Of a DNA stretch of 64,000 bases, positions 9,868-19,635 are shown in pieces. Made by a program: the position numbers and the translations under genes. Position 1 is the first letter of the stretch, and every line of letters begins with the position of its first letter. The stretch is from an uncultured Oscillospiraceae bacterium. GTDB taxonomy: Bacteria; Bacillota; Clostridia; Oscillospirales; Oscillospiraceae. Under the pieces are notes generated by a model, which ran no database searches, was not told the origin of the DNA, and saw only the letters and a list, made by a program, of their open reading frames with translations. Location of the stretch: NCBI GenBank assembly GCA_949494735.1, contig CATABD010000002.1, positions 11,814 through 75,813 on the forward strand, in the 5' to 3' direction.

Positions 9868-11304
9868 ATGAATAAAGCTGTTTATGAAAGCCCGCTGTCC
9901 TCTCGATATGCCAGTGACAAAATGAAATATTTTTTTTCTGCGGATAAAAAATTTTCTACGTGGCGGCGGCTGTGGGTAGCTCTGGCCCGTGCAGAAATGG
10001 AATTAGGTTTGCCCATAACCCAGGAGCAAGTGGATGAGCTGGCAGCCCACCTCACCGATATCGATTACGAGTTGGCAGCGATAAAGGAGCGGGAATTGCG
10101 CCACGATGTAATGGCACACATCCACGCTTATGGTACCCAATGTCCAAAAGCCATGCCCATTATCCATCTCGGGGCGACCAGTTGCTATGTTGGAGACAAT
10201 ACCGATATTATCATTATGCGGGAAGGGCTAATCCTTCTCAGGGATAAGCTGATACGGGTGATGAACGCATTAGCCCGATTTTCCGACAAGTATAAAGCCT
10301 TGCCAACGCTTGGATTTACTCACTTTCAGGCTGCACAGTTGGTCACCGTTGGCAAGCGGGCCACCTTGTGGATAAACGAACTTCTTCAGGATCTGGATGA
10401 AGTGGAATACCGCATTTCCACTCTTAAGCTACTAGGTTGCAAGGGCACCACCGGCACCCAGGCCTCTTTTCTGGAGCTATTCAAGGGTGACCACGACAAA
10501 TGCAAAGAGCTGGATCGGCGCATTGCACAGGAAATGGGCTTCAAAGAGACTGTCCCCGTATCCGGTCAAACCTATTCCCGAAAAGTGGATGCCGCCGTTC
10601 TCGCAACCCTGTCCGGCATTGCACAGTCCGCCTGTAAATTTGCCACTGATGTGCGGCTTTTGTGTCATTTAAAGGAAGTTGAGGAACCTTTTGAGGCCCA
10701 TCAAATTGGTTCATCTGCTATGCCGTATAAGCGAAACCCCATGCGGTGCGAACGCATCTGTTCCCTGGCCCGTTTTGTTATCGCAGACGCTGCCAACCCT
10801 GCCTATACCTCCGCGACCCAGTGGTTCGAGCGAACGCTGGATGACTCGGCAAATAAGCGTATCTCCGTCCCCGAGGCTTTTCTGGCGGTAGATGCTATTT
10901 TGAACATCTATGAAAATGTGGCCTCTGGACTGGTGGTGCATGAGAAAGTCATTGAAAAACACATTATGGAGGAGCTGCCCTTCATGGCCAGCGAAAATAT
11001 CATGATGGACATGGTGCAGCGGGGGGGAGACCGTCAGCAGATCCACGAACGCATTCGGGTTCATTCCCAGGAAGCCGGACGGAATGTAAAGGATTTTGGC
11101 CTGACAAACAACCTTATTGATCTGCTTGCCGCCGACCCTCTGTTTGATCTGAGCCGTGAGGAACTGTCTGCCCATCTGGAGCCTTCCCGGTATATTGGAC
11201 GCTGCCCAGAACAGGTTGCCGACTTCCTGGGCGACTGTGTCCGGCCTGTGCTGGAGGCCCACCGCTCCGCTTTGTCAGAGCAGGCTGAGGACCTGAAAGT
11301 TTGA
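9868..11304 (+). CDS. purB: Adenylosuccinate lyase
   Basis: RHDVMAH, GSSAMPYKRNP signature. Confidence 0.97.
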   Translation: MNKAVYESPLSSRYASDKMKYFFSADKKFSTWRRLWVALARAEMELGLPITQEQVDELAAHLTDIDYELAAIKERELRHDVMAHIHAYGTQCPKAMPIIHLGATSCYVGDNTDIIIMREGLILLRDKLIRVMNALARFSDKYKALPTLGFTHFQAAQLVTVGKRATLWINELLQDLDEVEYRISTLKLLGCKGTTGTQASFLELFKGDHDKCKELDRRIAQEMGFKETVPVSGQTYSRKVDAAVLATLSGIAQSACKFATDVRLLCHLKEVEEPFEAHQIGSSAMPYKRNPMRCERICSLARFVIADAANPAYTSATQWFERTLDDSANKRISVPEAFLAVDAILNIYENVASGLVVHEKVIEKHIMEELPFMASENIMMDMVQRGGDRQQIHERIRVHSQEAGRNVKDFGLTNNLIDLLAADPLFDLSREELSAHLEPSRYIGRCPEQVADFLGDCVRPVLEAHRSALSEQAEDLKV

Positions 11305-11348
11305 TAAAACCAGTACTCAAATCACTATAGGGAAAGGATTTGAAAACC

Positions 11349-12344
11349 ATGAAACCTGCTGTCCACCGTATCGGCGTATTTACCAGCGGAGGCGACGCCC
11401 CTGGCATGAATGCCGCCATCCGTGCCGTGGTTCGGGCATCCCTGCACTACGGAATTGACTGCATCGGCATACGCCGTGGCTACCACGGCCTGCTCAACGG
11501 TGATTTTGCACGGCTGAATTTTGAGAGTGTCAGCGATATTTCCCGCCGGGGCGGCACCATGCTGTACTCTGCCCGCAGCCTGGAGTTCATTGAGGAGGCA
11601 GGCCGGAAGAAGGCCCTCGCCACCTGTAAATTACTGGGCCTTGACGCCTTGGTCGGCATCGGCGGCGATGGGACGTTCAAAGGCTTGCTAAGCCTTGCTA
11701 ACAGTGGCATCTCCGTCATTGGTATTCCTGGAACGATTGACAACGATATCGCCTGCTCTACTTATACGATTGGCTATGACACTGCCTGCAACACCGCGCT
11801 GGAGAGCATTGACCGGCTGCGCGATACTATGAAATCCCATGAGCGCTGTTCAGTGGTGGAAGTTATGGGCCATCGGGCCGGGCACCTGGCCGTATCCGTG
11901 GCCATCGCCTGTGGTGCCACCGTAGTTTTGGTTCCGGAGAAAGAAGTCGATTTTGACAGGGATGTCATTGAACCCATTCGCCAAGCCAGGTTGGGCGGGC
12001 GTACCCACTTTATGGTTATCGTGGCGGAGGGCGTTCCCGGCGGTGCTTACCGTGTGGCAGAGCAAATCAAAAACGCCACTGCGTTGGATACCCGCGTCAC
12101 TGTACTGGGCCACGTGCAGCGGGGTGGTTCTCCCAGTGCCCGGGACCGTATGGTAGCGACCTATATGGGCTATGAGGCCGTGAAACTATTGTCAGAAGGA
12201 AAGACCTGCCGGGTGGTCGCTATGCAGGGCGAGGATATCGTGGACTATGACATTACTGAGGCACTGGCCATGACCAAGGGTCTGGATGCCCGAGGCCAAG
12301 CCGTTACTCGGGCTATGACCGGGGTGGCAGGCGTCGAGGGCTGA
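11349..12344 (+). CDS. pfkA: ATP-dependent 6-phosphofructokinase
   Basis: TSGGDAPGMNA; GGDG and PGTIDND (ATP-type Gly residues). Confidence 0.92.
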   Translation: MKPAVHRIGVFTSGGDAPGMNAAIRAVVRASLHYGIDCIGIRRGYHGLLNGDFARLNFESVSDISRRGGTMLYSARSLEFIEEAGRKKALATCKLLGLDALVGIGGDGTFKGLLSLANSGISVIGIPGTIDNDIACSTYTIGYDTACNTALESIDRLRDTMKSHERCSVVEVMGHRAGHLAVSVAIACGATVVLVPEKEVDFDRDVIEPIRQARLGGRTHFMVIVAEGVPGGAYRVAEQIKNATALDTRVTVLGHVQRGGSPSARDRMVATYMGYEAVKLLSEGKTCRVVAMQGEDIVDYDITEALAMTKGLDARGQAVTRAMTGVAGVEG

Positions 12345-12346
12345 TC

Positions 12347-12775
12347 GTGAACATGATTGTGGAGCAGATGCCCCAATCTTCTAAAAGAATGATTTACGAC
12401 TCGGAAAAGCACAGTTTCGTGGAATCTGATAAAGGTTCCCTATTGTTTGCCAGGGGAATTTCATATCCTTATGGCTGGATTAAGGAGTCGGGATCGCCTC
12501 CAGGGCCACATTGTGATTGTATTCTGATATCACACGCGGAATATGAGCTGGGCGATGAAGTTGCCGTAAAAATCATTGGAGTATTCAAACGGGCGGATGG
12601 AGACCATAAATATGTAGTTGTGAAAACAGACTGCGCAACAGAGGAGCTTGCAGAGCTTACGGAAAAAGAGCTTCTTACACTGAAGCGGCTATACCCTCAG
12701 GTTGGCGAAGGCGAGGGTTGGTTTGGCAGAGAAACCGCGTTGGACTGTTATGAGCGGTGTGAAAAAGCGCTGTAA
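12347..12775 (+). CDS. Family I inorganic pyrophosphatase-like protein (divergent)
   Basis: YPYGWI and GVFKRADGDHKYVVV resemble PPase motifs; DGDPLD replaced by PGPHCD. Confidence 0.65.
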   Translation: MNMIVEQMPQSSKRMIYDSEKHSFVESDKGSLLFARGISYPYGWIKESGSPPGPHCDCILISHAEYELGDEVAVKIIGVFKRADGDHKYVVVKTDCATEELAELTEKELLTLKRLYPQVGEGEGWFGRETALDCYERCEKAL

Positions 12776-12786
12776 TAAATGGATAT

Positions 12787-12822
12787 AAAAAGTACCAGGT
12801 CCAAAAGGACCTGGTACTTTTT
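12787..12822. terminator. Bidirectional terminator between convergent pfk operons
   Basis: AAAAAGTACCAGGTCC-AAAA-GGACCTGGTACTTTTT perfect inverted repeat. Confidence 0.9.
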
Positions 12823-12831
12823 CGTTTCTGT

Positions 12832-14070
12832 TTACTTCGCCAGCACTTTCTTCAGGCGCGCAAAACGGGGCAGGCCGTTTTCGGTGGCCCGATGATTCTC
12901 CCCCTGGATCAAGGGCAGAGCATAGTCAATAAAGCCCTGGGTTACGCCATTGTGCTCAGCGTTGATCCATTCCAGCGGCACCTTCTTCTCAAAGTTGGCC
13001 ACCTCGGAGAGATTGAAGAGCTTAGTTTTACAGGTGTATACACCGTCCTCACGGGTACATTCAAAGCCCACCATCTTGTCGGTCTCACCGGCTACAGCGG
13101 CTTCCACGGCGGTCTTGCCCGCCAGGAAGGACTCGTCAATGTCAGTCTGAGAGGCAAGATGAGCACCGCAGCGCTGGAGCAGGGACAGCTCAATGCCACG
13201 AACCTTGGCCCCGGTCTTTTCCTTGACAGCATTAGCCAGCAGAGCTGCCAGACCGCCTAGCTGGGCATGGCCGAAGCCATCGGTGGCGGAGGTTTTGGCC
13301 TCAGACACAAAGGAACCGTCGGCATAATGGATGCCCTCAGAAACAGCTACGATGCAGTTGCCGTTCTTCTTGTAAATGGCGTCCACGTCAGACAGGAACT
13401 TGTCCATGTCAAAGTCCACCTCGGGGAGGTACACCAAGTCGGGGGCACAGCCCACCACGCCAGCCAAGGCGGCGGCGCCAGCCAGCCAGCCGGCGTGGCG
13501 GCCCATGATTTCAATCACGGTAACCATGCCGGTGTCGTATACCCGGCCGTCTTTGTACACCTCGGCGCAGGAGGTGGCAATATACTTGGCCGCGGAGGCA
13601 AAACCGGGGCAATGGTCGGTACCGAACAGGTCGTTGTCAATTGTCTTGGGTACGCCCATTACCCGGCACTCGTAACCGGACTTGGCCATAAATCGGCTCA
13701 CCTTGGCGCAGGTATCCATGGAATCATTACCGCCGTTGTAGAAGAAGTAGCGGATATTGTACTTCTTAAAGATATCCAGAATACGCTTATAATCCGTGTC
13801 GTCCACATCAGGGTCAGCGATTTTGTAACGGCAGGAACCCAACTCGGAGGAGGGGGTGTTGAGCAGAAGCTCCAACTCCTTGGCATCCTCCTGGCCCATG
13901 TCGTACAGTTGATCGTTCAGCATGCCTTTGATACCGTGAGCCATACCATAGACGGCAGTAATATCCGGGCAGTCCAGCGCGGTGCGGATAACGCCGTAAG
14001 CGCTGGCATTGATAACAGAGGTGGGGCCGCCGGACTGGCCGATGACGCAAGCGCCCTTTAACTGTGCCAT
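12832..14070 (-). CDS. pfp: PPi-dependent phosphofructokinase
   Basis: GQSGGPTSVINAS; GGNDS and PKTIDND (PPi-type Asp/Lys residues). Confidence 0.88.
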   Translation of the reverse strand: MAQLKGACVIGQSGGPTSVINASAYGVIRTALDCPDITAVYGMAHGIKGMLNDQLYDMGQEDAKELELLLNTPSSELGSCRYKIADPDVDDTDYKRILDIFKKYNIRYFFYNGGNDSMDTCAKVSRFMAKSGYECRVMGVPKTIDNDLFGTDHCPGFASAAKYIATSCAEVYKDGRVYDTGMVTVIEIMGRHAGWLAGAAALAGVVGCAPDLVYLPEVDFDMDKFLSDVDAIYKKNGNCIVAVSEGIHYADGSFVSEAKTSATDGFGHAQLGGLAALLANAVKEKTGAKVRGIELSLLQRCGAHLASQTDIDESFLAGKTAVEAAVAGETDKMVGFECTREDGVYTCKTKLFNLSEVANFEKKVPLEWINAEHNGVTQGFIDYALPLIQGENHRATENGLPRFARLKKVLAK

Positions 14071-14097
14071 GTCGAATTTCTCCTTTGTCTGTGTTTC

Positions 14098-15066
14098 TTA
14101 CGCCTTGCCATTACAGCCCAGCACATCTACCAGCTTGTGGCGCACCAGCTCCTTGATGTTGGCACGGGCAGGCTTCAGATATTCACGGGGGTCAAACTTG
14201 TCGGGATGCTCAGCGTAGAACTTGCGGATGGTGCCGGTCATGGCCAGGCGCAGGTCGGAGTCGATGTTGATTTTACACACGGCGCTCCGGGCGGCCTCAC
14301 GCAGTTGTTCCTCGGGGATGCCCACCGCGTCGGGCATCTTGCCTCCGTTGGCATTGACCATCTTCACATACTCCTGGGGCACGGAAGAAGAACCGTGGAG
14401 CACAATGGGGAAGCCGGGCAGACGTTTGACCACTTCGTTCAAAATATCGAAGCGCAGGGGAGGGGGCACCAGCTCACCCTTCTCGTTGCGGGTGCATTGG
14501 GCGGCGGTGAACTTATAGGCACCATGGCTGGTGCCTATAGCGATGGCCAGAGAGTCACAGCCGGTTTTAGATACGAACTCCTCCACTTCCTCAGGACGGG
14601 TATAGTGGGACTCCTCGGCGGACACGTTGACCTCGTCCTCCACGCCGGCCAGGGCGCCCAGCTCGGCCTCCACAACCACGCCGTGGTCATGGGCGTACTG
14701 GACGACCTTTTTGGTGATTTCAATGTTCTCCTCAAAAGGCTTGGAGGAAGCGTCGATCATAACAGAAGTAAAACCGCCATCAATGCAGCTTTTGCAGGTC
14801 TCAAAGCTGTCGCCGTGATCCAGATGGAGTACGATGGGGATCTCGGGGCACTCAATGACGGCGGCCTCCACCAGCTTTACCAGATAGGTGTGGTTGGCAT
14901 AGGCCCGGGCACCCTTGGACACCTGGAGGATGACGGGGGCCTTTTCCTCGCGGCAGGCCTCGGTAATGCCCTGAACGATTTCCATGTTGTTGACGTTGAA
15001 CGCGCCCACGGCATAGCCGCCGTTGTAGGCCTTCTTGAACATTTCGGTCGAGGTAACCAGTGGCAT
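14098..15066 (-). CDS. fba: Class II fructose-1,6-bisphosphate aldolase
   Basis: LHLDHG, VEAELG, AIGTSHGAYK, VLHGSS, KINIDSD. Confidence 0.97.
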   Translation of the reverse strand: MPLVTSTEMFKKAYNGGYAVGAFNVNNMEIVQGITEACREEKAPVILQVSKGARAYANHTYLVKLVEAAVIECPEIPIVLHLDHGDSFETCKSCIDGGFTSVMIDASSKPFEENIEITKKVVQYAHDHGVVVEAELGALAGVEDEVNVSAEESHYTRPEEVEEFVSKTGCDSLAIAIGTSHGAYKFTAAQCTRNEKGELVPPPLRFDILNEVVKRLPGFPIVLHGSSSVPQEYVKMVNANGGKMPDAVGIPEEQLREAARSAVCKINIDSDLRLAMTGTIRKFYAEHPDKFDPREYLKPARANIKELVRHKLVDVLGCNGKA

Positions 15067-15255
15067 AATTGTCCAACTCCTTATAAAAATAAAGTTTTAG
15101 TGGTTTCCGTTATGATTTTAACATTCACTCAAGGAAAATGCAAGCAAAAGCTCCGCTTTTTGCGGGTCAAAACCCACAAAACAAGGAGAAATTTCATTGG
15201 CCTGTGTCAACAAAATGACGGCAGACATAAAATAGCGGGAAAGGGGGGAGGCAGT

Positions 15256-15816
15256 GTGATCCAACTGCTCCCATATAACCGCCGAGCGGCGGTGGCATAT
15301 GCCCACAAATGGGCCTACACCCGAAATCCAGCTTTCTATGATTTCAGCGAGATTGGTGGAGACTGTACCAATTTTGCCTCCCAATGCCTGTATGCGGGAA
15401 CCGGTATCATGAACTTTACCCCGGAATTCGGCTGGTATTACATCGACGCTACCGACCGGGCCCCAGCTTGGACCGGGGTTCAATTTTTTTGGGATTTTAT
15501 GACCCGGCCGCAGCCCACCGACGGCCCAGTGGGCATCCAGGTACACATGAACTTTCTACGCCCTGGTGACTTTGTCCAGCTTCGGTTTGAAAACAGCGGG
15601 GAAGTGTTCGCCCATACGCCGGTAATTGTATCGGTTGGCCCCATCCCCAGGCCGGACAACATTCTCATCGCCGCCCACTCCAATGATGCCGACTACCGTC
15701 CACTGGACAGCTATCAGAATGTGGTTGAGTGGAGGTTCCTCCACATTGTGGGGGCACTCAAGGTAACCAATGGTCCTTCGTCAAATTTGAGACAAGACGA
15801 CAGCGCGGGGGATTAA
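15256..15816 (+). CDS. Putative amidase-domain (Amidase_6-like) protein
   Basis: YNRRAAVAYAHKWA, GGDCTNFASQCL, AAHS; GTG after GGAGG; the upstream part of the 14137 ORF is antisense to fba. Confidence 0.85.
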   Translation: MIQLLPYNRRAAVAYAHKWAYTRNPAFYDFSEIGGDCTNFASQCLYAGTGIMNFTPEFGWYYIDATDRAPAWTGVQFFWDFMTRPQPTDGPVGIQVHMNFLRPGDFVQLRFENSGEVFAHTPVIVSVGPIPRPDNILIAAHSNDADYRPLDSYQNVVEWRFLHIVGALKVTNGPSSNLRQDDSAGD

Positions 15817-15832
15817 ATCCTCCGCGCTATAC

Positions 15833-16471
15833 TTACGCCCATTTTCTATTTTTGACAGGTTTCCCGTGCCCGAAATAGATCGTTCTGGATCCAAGGGTCC
15901 CAATTTTCATTGCACTTTCCAGCATAGCCGTCTTATTGTGATAAAGCATGGATGTAGTAGGATAAAACATGTTCATTAATGCGTCGCCTACAATTAGGTT
16001 TGTTTCCGCAATATCCAGCCCGATGGAGCCGTCCGTATGTCCGGGGAGGCCAATAACTGTTGCAGGAATCCCATAACTGTCCAGGGAATCGCCATCTTTT
16101 AAGGATATGGATGGCATAAAGGGCGCAATAAGATCTGCCTGGAAACTCTTAACGGATGCTGCCAGTACAATTTTACCCAAAACACCATCTGCATATAGGG
16201 GCTGTTCCATGTTGTCCCGCAGCAGCTTCATATCTGCCTCATGGATCGCCACAGGGCAATTCAAGGTATTGGAGAAATACGCCGCATTTTGTACATGGTC
16301 AACATGTCCGTGAGTAAGTGCAATCAGACACACACGAAGTCCATGACACGCAACAAGCACCTTCTGCCGATACGTTTCCCGACCTGTGTCCACTAAGACC
16401 GCAGTTGTTCCGTTGGCAATCAAATAGCAGTTCACATTTCCGCAAGGAATCCGTCGAATGCTATAGTTCAT
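15833..16471 (-). CDS. MBL-fold metallo-hydrolase
   Basis: THGHVDH, PGHTDGS, GDA, GHG. Confidence 0.92.
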   Translation of the reverse strand: MNYSIRRIPCGNVNCYLIANGTTAVLVDTGRETYRQKVLVACHGLRVCLIALTHGHVDHVQNAAYFSNTLNCPVAIHEADMKLLRDNMEQPLYADGVLGKIVLAASVKSFQADLIAPFMPSISLKDGDSLDSYGIPATVIGLPGHTDGSIGLDIAETNLIVGDALMNMFYPTTSMLYHNKTAMLESAMKIGTLGSRTIYFGHGKPVKNRKWA

Positions 16472-17511
16472 GATTCTTCCTCCTTTTTTCTCTTTGCGGG
16501 GCGCCCTCGGCCAGGCTTGGCTTTGATCTGTCCCAGCGGATTGGACTGGGCTGCGTTCCGCAGCGCATCGCTGTCTACGTGGGTGTAAATCTGGGTGGTG
16601 TTCAGGTGCTCATGGCCCAATACTTCCTGAAGGGTACGCACATCCACGCCGTTTTGCAGCATCAGCGTGGCGGCAGTATGGCGGAGCTTATGGGCAGAAT
16701 ATTTGCTGCTGTCCAGTCCGGCGGCAGTAAACCGCTGTTTGAGCATGTAGTGAACCCCATCCTTGCTAAGTCGGGTGTGCTTGCGGGAGATGAACAGGGC
16801 AGAGGGATCCGCCGCGCCGGAGCGGGAACGCACCGCCAGCCACGCCTCGAGGGCGCCCTGGCAGGCAGCATTGAGGTAAATCACCCGTTCTTTGTTTCCC
16901 TTGCCCAATACCCGGATACGGTCCTCCCGAATGTCGGAGAGATTCAACCCCACCAGTTCAGAAATGCGCATACCACAGTTCAGAAACAGCGTGATGATAC
17001 AGAAATCCCGTTCTGCGTTATCCCCATCAATAGATTCCAAAAGCCGGATGCTTTCGTCCAGAGTCAGATAGCGCGGCAGCGTTTGTCGGATTTTTGGGGA
17101 GTCCAACTCTTGAATTGGATTATCTTCCAAAACCTTGGCCTTTGACACAAGATATTTATAAAAAGAGCGTATTGCAGCTACTTTTCTAGCTCTTGATGAC
17201 ACTTCCAGTCCATAACTAGAATTGGGGTCATTGGCGTTCTTAACCCGATCCCGGCTCAAAAAACTGAGAAAGGCATAGATATCTGTCAATGTCACCGACT
17301 TGACTAGGGCCAAATCCACATCGGCAATAGAAATCTCATCCAGCGGCGTGGTACGCAATACGCAGCCTTTTTCAATTTTGATGTAACGGAAAAAAGTGCG
17401 TAGGTCCAAAAAATACTCATCTACAGTTTTTTTAGAATGGCCCTGAATGGTTTCGTGGTAGGTCAGAAAATCCCGCAGAATTGGCGGCGCCTCCAAACGG
17501 TAATCAATCAT
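16468..17511 (-). CDS. xerC: XerC/XerS-like tyrosine recombinase (347 aa)
   Basis: GMRISEL, GKGNKER, HKLRHTAAT, LGHEHLNTTQIYT; dif-like site 110 bp upstream of the start. Confidence 0.8.
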   Translation of the reverse strand: MIDYRLEAPPILRDFLTYHETIQGHSKKTVDEYFLDLRTFFRYIKIEKGCVLRTTPLDEISIADVDLALVKSVTLTDIYAFLSFLSRDRVKNANDPNSSYGLEVSSRARKVAAIRSFYKYLVSKAKVLEDNPIQELDSPKIRQTLPRYLTLDESIRLLESIDGDNAERDFCIITLFLNCGMRISELVGLNLSDIREDRIRVLGKGNKERVIYLNAACQGALEAWLAVRSRSGAADPSALFISRKHTRLSKDGVHYMLKQRFTAAGLDSSKYSAHKLRHTAATLMLQNGVDVRTLQEVLGHEHLNTTQIYTHVDSDALRNAAQSNPLGQIKAKPGRGRPAKRKKEEES

Positions 17512-17622
17512 AATTTTCGGTCAAACACACTGTTTAAGGCATTCAATTACAGAGGTAAGAAAAGCAGATAACATGAGTAAGCCGCTTTATATACCAATGT
17601 AGGTTAATTTACCCTGCCCTTA

Positions 17623-17650
17623 ACTCAACAAAATCTTTATTTTGTTGAGT
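17623..17650. other. dif-like site 1 (left prophage junction)
   Basis: ACTCAACAAAA-TCTTTA-TTTTGTTGAGT, 11-6-11 with perfectly inverted arms. Confidence 0.75.
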
Positions 17651-17830
17651 TGGATGTGCCGACCGATACCCCCCTTATTCTTCAGCAATAATGAAACGGC
17701 CATACTCCCCGGCGTCGATCTCTTTCGTGTACCGGGCCGTAGCCCAGACGTCCCACAGAAAAGAATCACCCGGCATGTCTACATAATCCACCGTGGGCTT
17801 GGCCAAGCTCCGGGACGCCCAGTAGCATTT
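17634..17830. repeat. 197-bp direct repeat, copy 1 (dif half-site plus rep 3' end)
   Basis: Matches 23209-23405 with 4 mismatches counted by eye. Confidence 0.95.
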
Positions 17831-18373
17831 CCGGCCCTTGGGCACCGAAATATCCTTTGTCAGGTACTTGGCTATGTATGTGGCAACCCGCTGTGGATCT
17901 TTGATGGGCATCGCCGTGGTATAGCCGAACTCAAAGTTGTTTAGATTATACACTTCTCCCTTCCAGTGGGTCAAGTCCAATTCACCCTGTACCAGTCCAT
18001 GGAAATGGTATGATTTGCCGTCACTATGTAGCTCCGGGACGATGAGCCATGTATTACCAGTACGTTGCAAACGTTTAGTAAAAAGCCGAATTATTTTAGC
18101 ACATTCATCATAATTAGTTCTATTAACGATATCTGGATTCAAGGTTAAAGTAATAAACCAGTCAAAATGATTAGCACGAGCAAGATCATACACCTGATTC
18201 ACCGCACGATTCATATTATTCCGAAACCTCCCGTCATTGTCAGGTAAAGTCAGCTTTCTTTTCAACTTTTTTGGTTTAAATTCTTCTGGAACATTCCTTA
18301 AAATATAATTCTCACTCCAAAAATACTGTTTATGCCCATCTGGAAATGTCTTGATACGGACATTGTACAACAT
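17675..18373 (-). CDS. Rolling-circle replication initiator (HUH endonuclease)
   Basis: Motif I FITLT, motif II YHFHGL, motif III YIAKYLTK with two tyrosines. Confidence 0.92.
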   Translation of the reverse strand: MLYNVRIKTFPDGHKQYFWSENYILRNVPEEFKPKKLKRKLTLPDNDGRFRNNMNRAVNQVYDLARANHFDWFITLTLNPDIVNRTNYDECAKIIRLFTKRLQRTGNTWLIVPELHSDGKSYHFHGLVQGELDLTHWKGEVYNLNNFEFGYTTAMPIKDPQRVATYIAKYLTKDISVPKGRKCYWASRSLAKPTVDYVDMPGDSFLWDVWATARYTKEIDAGEYGRFIIAEE

Positions 18374-18498
18374 CAGGCACAACTCCCCTATTCAATTCAA
18401 ACCTAAGTAATACTACAGCCCCCTTCTTTTCTTTTATTTTTCTTCTTATTTTTCTTTCTTTTCTTATTTTTTTAGAACCTTTTTTATAGGCGCGGGCG

Positions 18499-18553
18499 TA
18501 AGTGATACTACTGTCAAGTAATAGGGAGCCTTTCCCTACCCGGAAAGGCTCCC
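18499..18553 (-). other. Putative rolling-circle origin: hairpin plus nick-site-like motif
   Basis: 12-bp perfect IR GGGAGCCTTTCC/GGAAAGGCTCCC (18524-18553), then TACTTGACA on the minus strand, resembling phiX174/pC194 CTTG^ATA. Confidence 0.55.
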
Positions 18554-18783
18554 AGATCATCCCCCTCCCCTTCCCGGCTCAGAAACATGAAAACCAGGAG
18601 CTTATAGCAGCTGCTCACAGCAAGGTACAGGGCCAGGACATGGAGCAATGCAAGCACTCCAGAGGCCCACAGGGGGGCCAGGAGGAAGGAGAAGAAGAAA
18701 CACCAGAAGGTGACCAGGGCGGCCACCACGAACAGCCTACAGCGGTTCACGGTCAAAATATTGACGGGCTTTAGACAATACAT
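18514..18783 (-). CDS. Small two-TM phage membrane protein
   Basis: Two hydrophobic stretches; overlaps the end of the zot-like gene. Confidence 0.55.
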   Translation of the reverse strand: MYCLKPVNILTVNRCRLFVVAALVTFWCFFFSFLLAPLWASGVLALLHVLALYLAVSSCYKLLVFMFLSREGEGDDLGAFPGRERLPIT

Positions 18784-19336
18784 CTTGAAGCATCTCCTTG
18801 ATAGATTTGGGGGACAGGTCGGGGTCTGCATGGTCGCTGTAGCGAATGGGGAGCAACGGCCTATCAGGCATGGAGGAGGTATCAAAATATTTGAAATACC
18901 TGGGCATATAGAAGATACGCCATGTCCAGATAGAACTAAAGCTCAGGTTGTCCGCGATCCGGCTGTCAGCCTGGGAGGTACTCTCGGTAAGGGTAATACG
19001 GCGGATGATCGGCCGGGACAAGCTGAAGCATCCCAGAAGCGCCACCTGGAGCACCATCTTGTCCGTAGTGTCCCTCACCTTCTTGTCCACATCAAACGCC
19101 TGGGAATTGAGGTAGCACACACACTTCATCTTCCGCAGGTACTTGAAGAAGTCCCGGAGGCCGGGCGGGAAATTCTTGAAATTGCGGTTGTCCATGGACA
19201 CGCCAACCTCGTCCAGGAAAAGGGCGCTGTTCGGCTCAGGCCGGAAGGTGGAGAGCATGTCCACCGAGATAATGCGCACACCCGGTATGCGGCAGTCCGC
19301 CATATCGGTATATACATGGTAGCCTCGGCGCATATA
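18737..19336 (-). pseudogene. Zot/pI-like morphogenesis ATPase lacking its N-terminus
   Basis: Walker B LFLDEVG, DNRNFK, SQAFDVDKKVR; no Walker A and no RBS. Confidence 0.8.
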
Positions 19337-19635
19337 GGGTCATAACTGCCCAGGATGGAAAGGAGGACGGCCTTCAGGCCGGAGGTATTGCCAGGGGTGA
19401 CGGGAGCCAGGGAATAAGGGTCAATGGCCATGAAATCGTCATAGCCAGCGGACTGGATGATAAAGTCATCCGGGAGAACGATGTATGTACCATCACCGCC
19501 ACCACCGCCAGAGATGGAGGTATCTCCCCCGACTTGATACGGATTGGACGGAGCGGCAAAGCCGACGCCGCACAGAGAGCAGATCACACAGAAGCACAAC
19601 AGGAGCGGAACCACACCCCGCAAGATCTTAACCAT
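19334..19635 (-). pseudogene. Signal-peptide phage protein, probably 3'-truncated and joined to the zot fragment
   Basis: Signal peptide, Gly-rich linker; after GSYDPI the frame runs out of phase over the zot gene. Confidence 0.6.

Noticed and set aside
14137-15255. 5' two-thirds of the 559-aa plus-strand ORF
   Set aside because: Antisense shadow of fba; the real gene starts at GTG 15256 after an RBS.
16468-17511. Recombinase as the phage's own integrase
   Set aside because: It lies outside the dif-like junction, overlaps a host-type MBL gene and looks like a chromosomal Xer protein.
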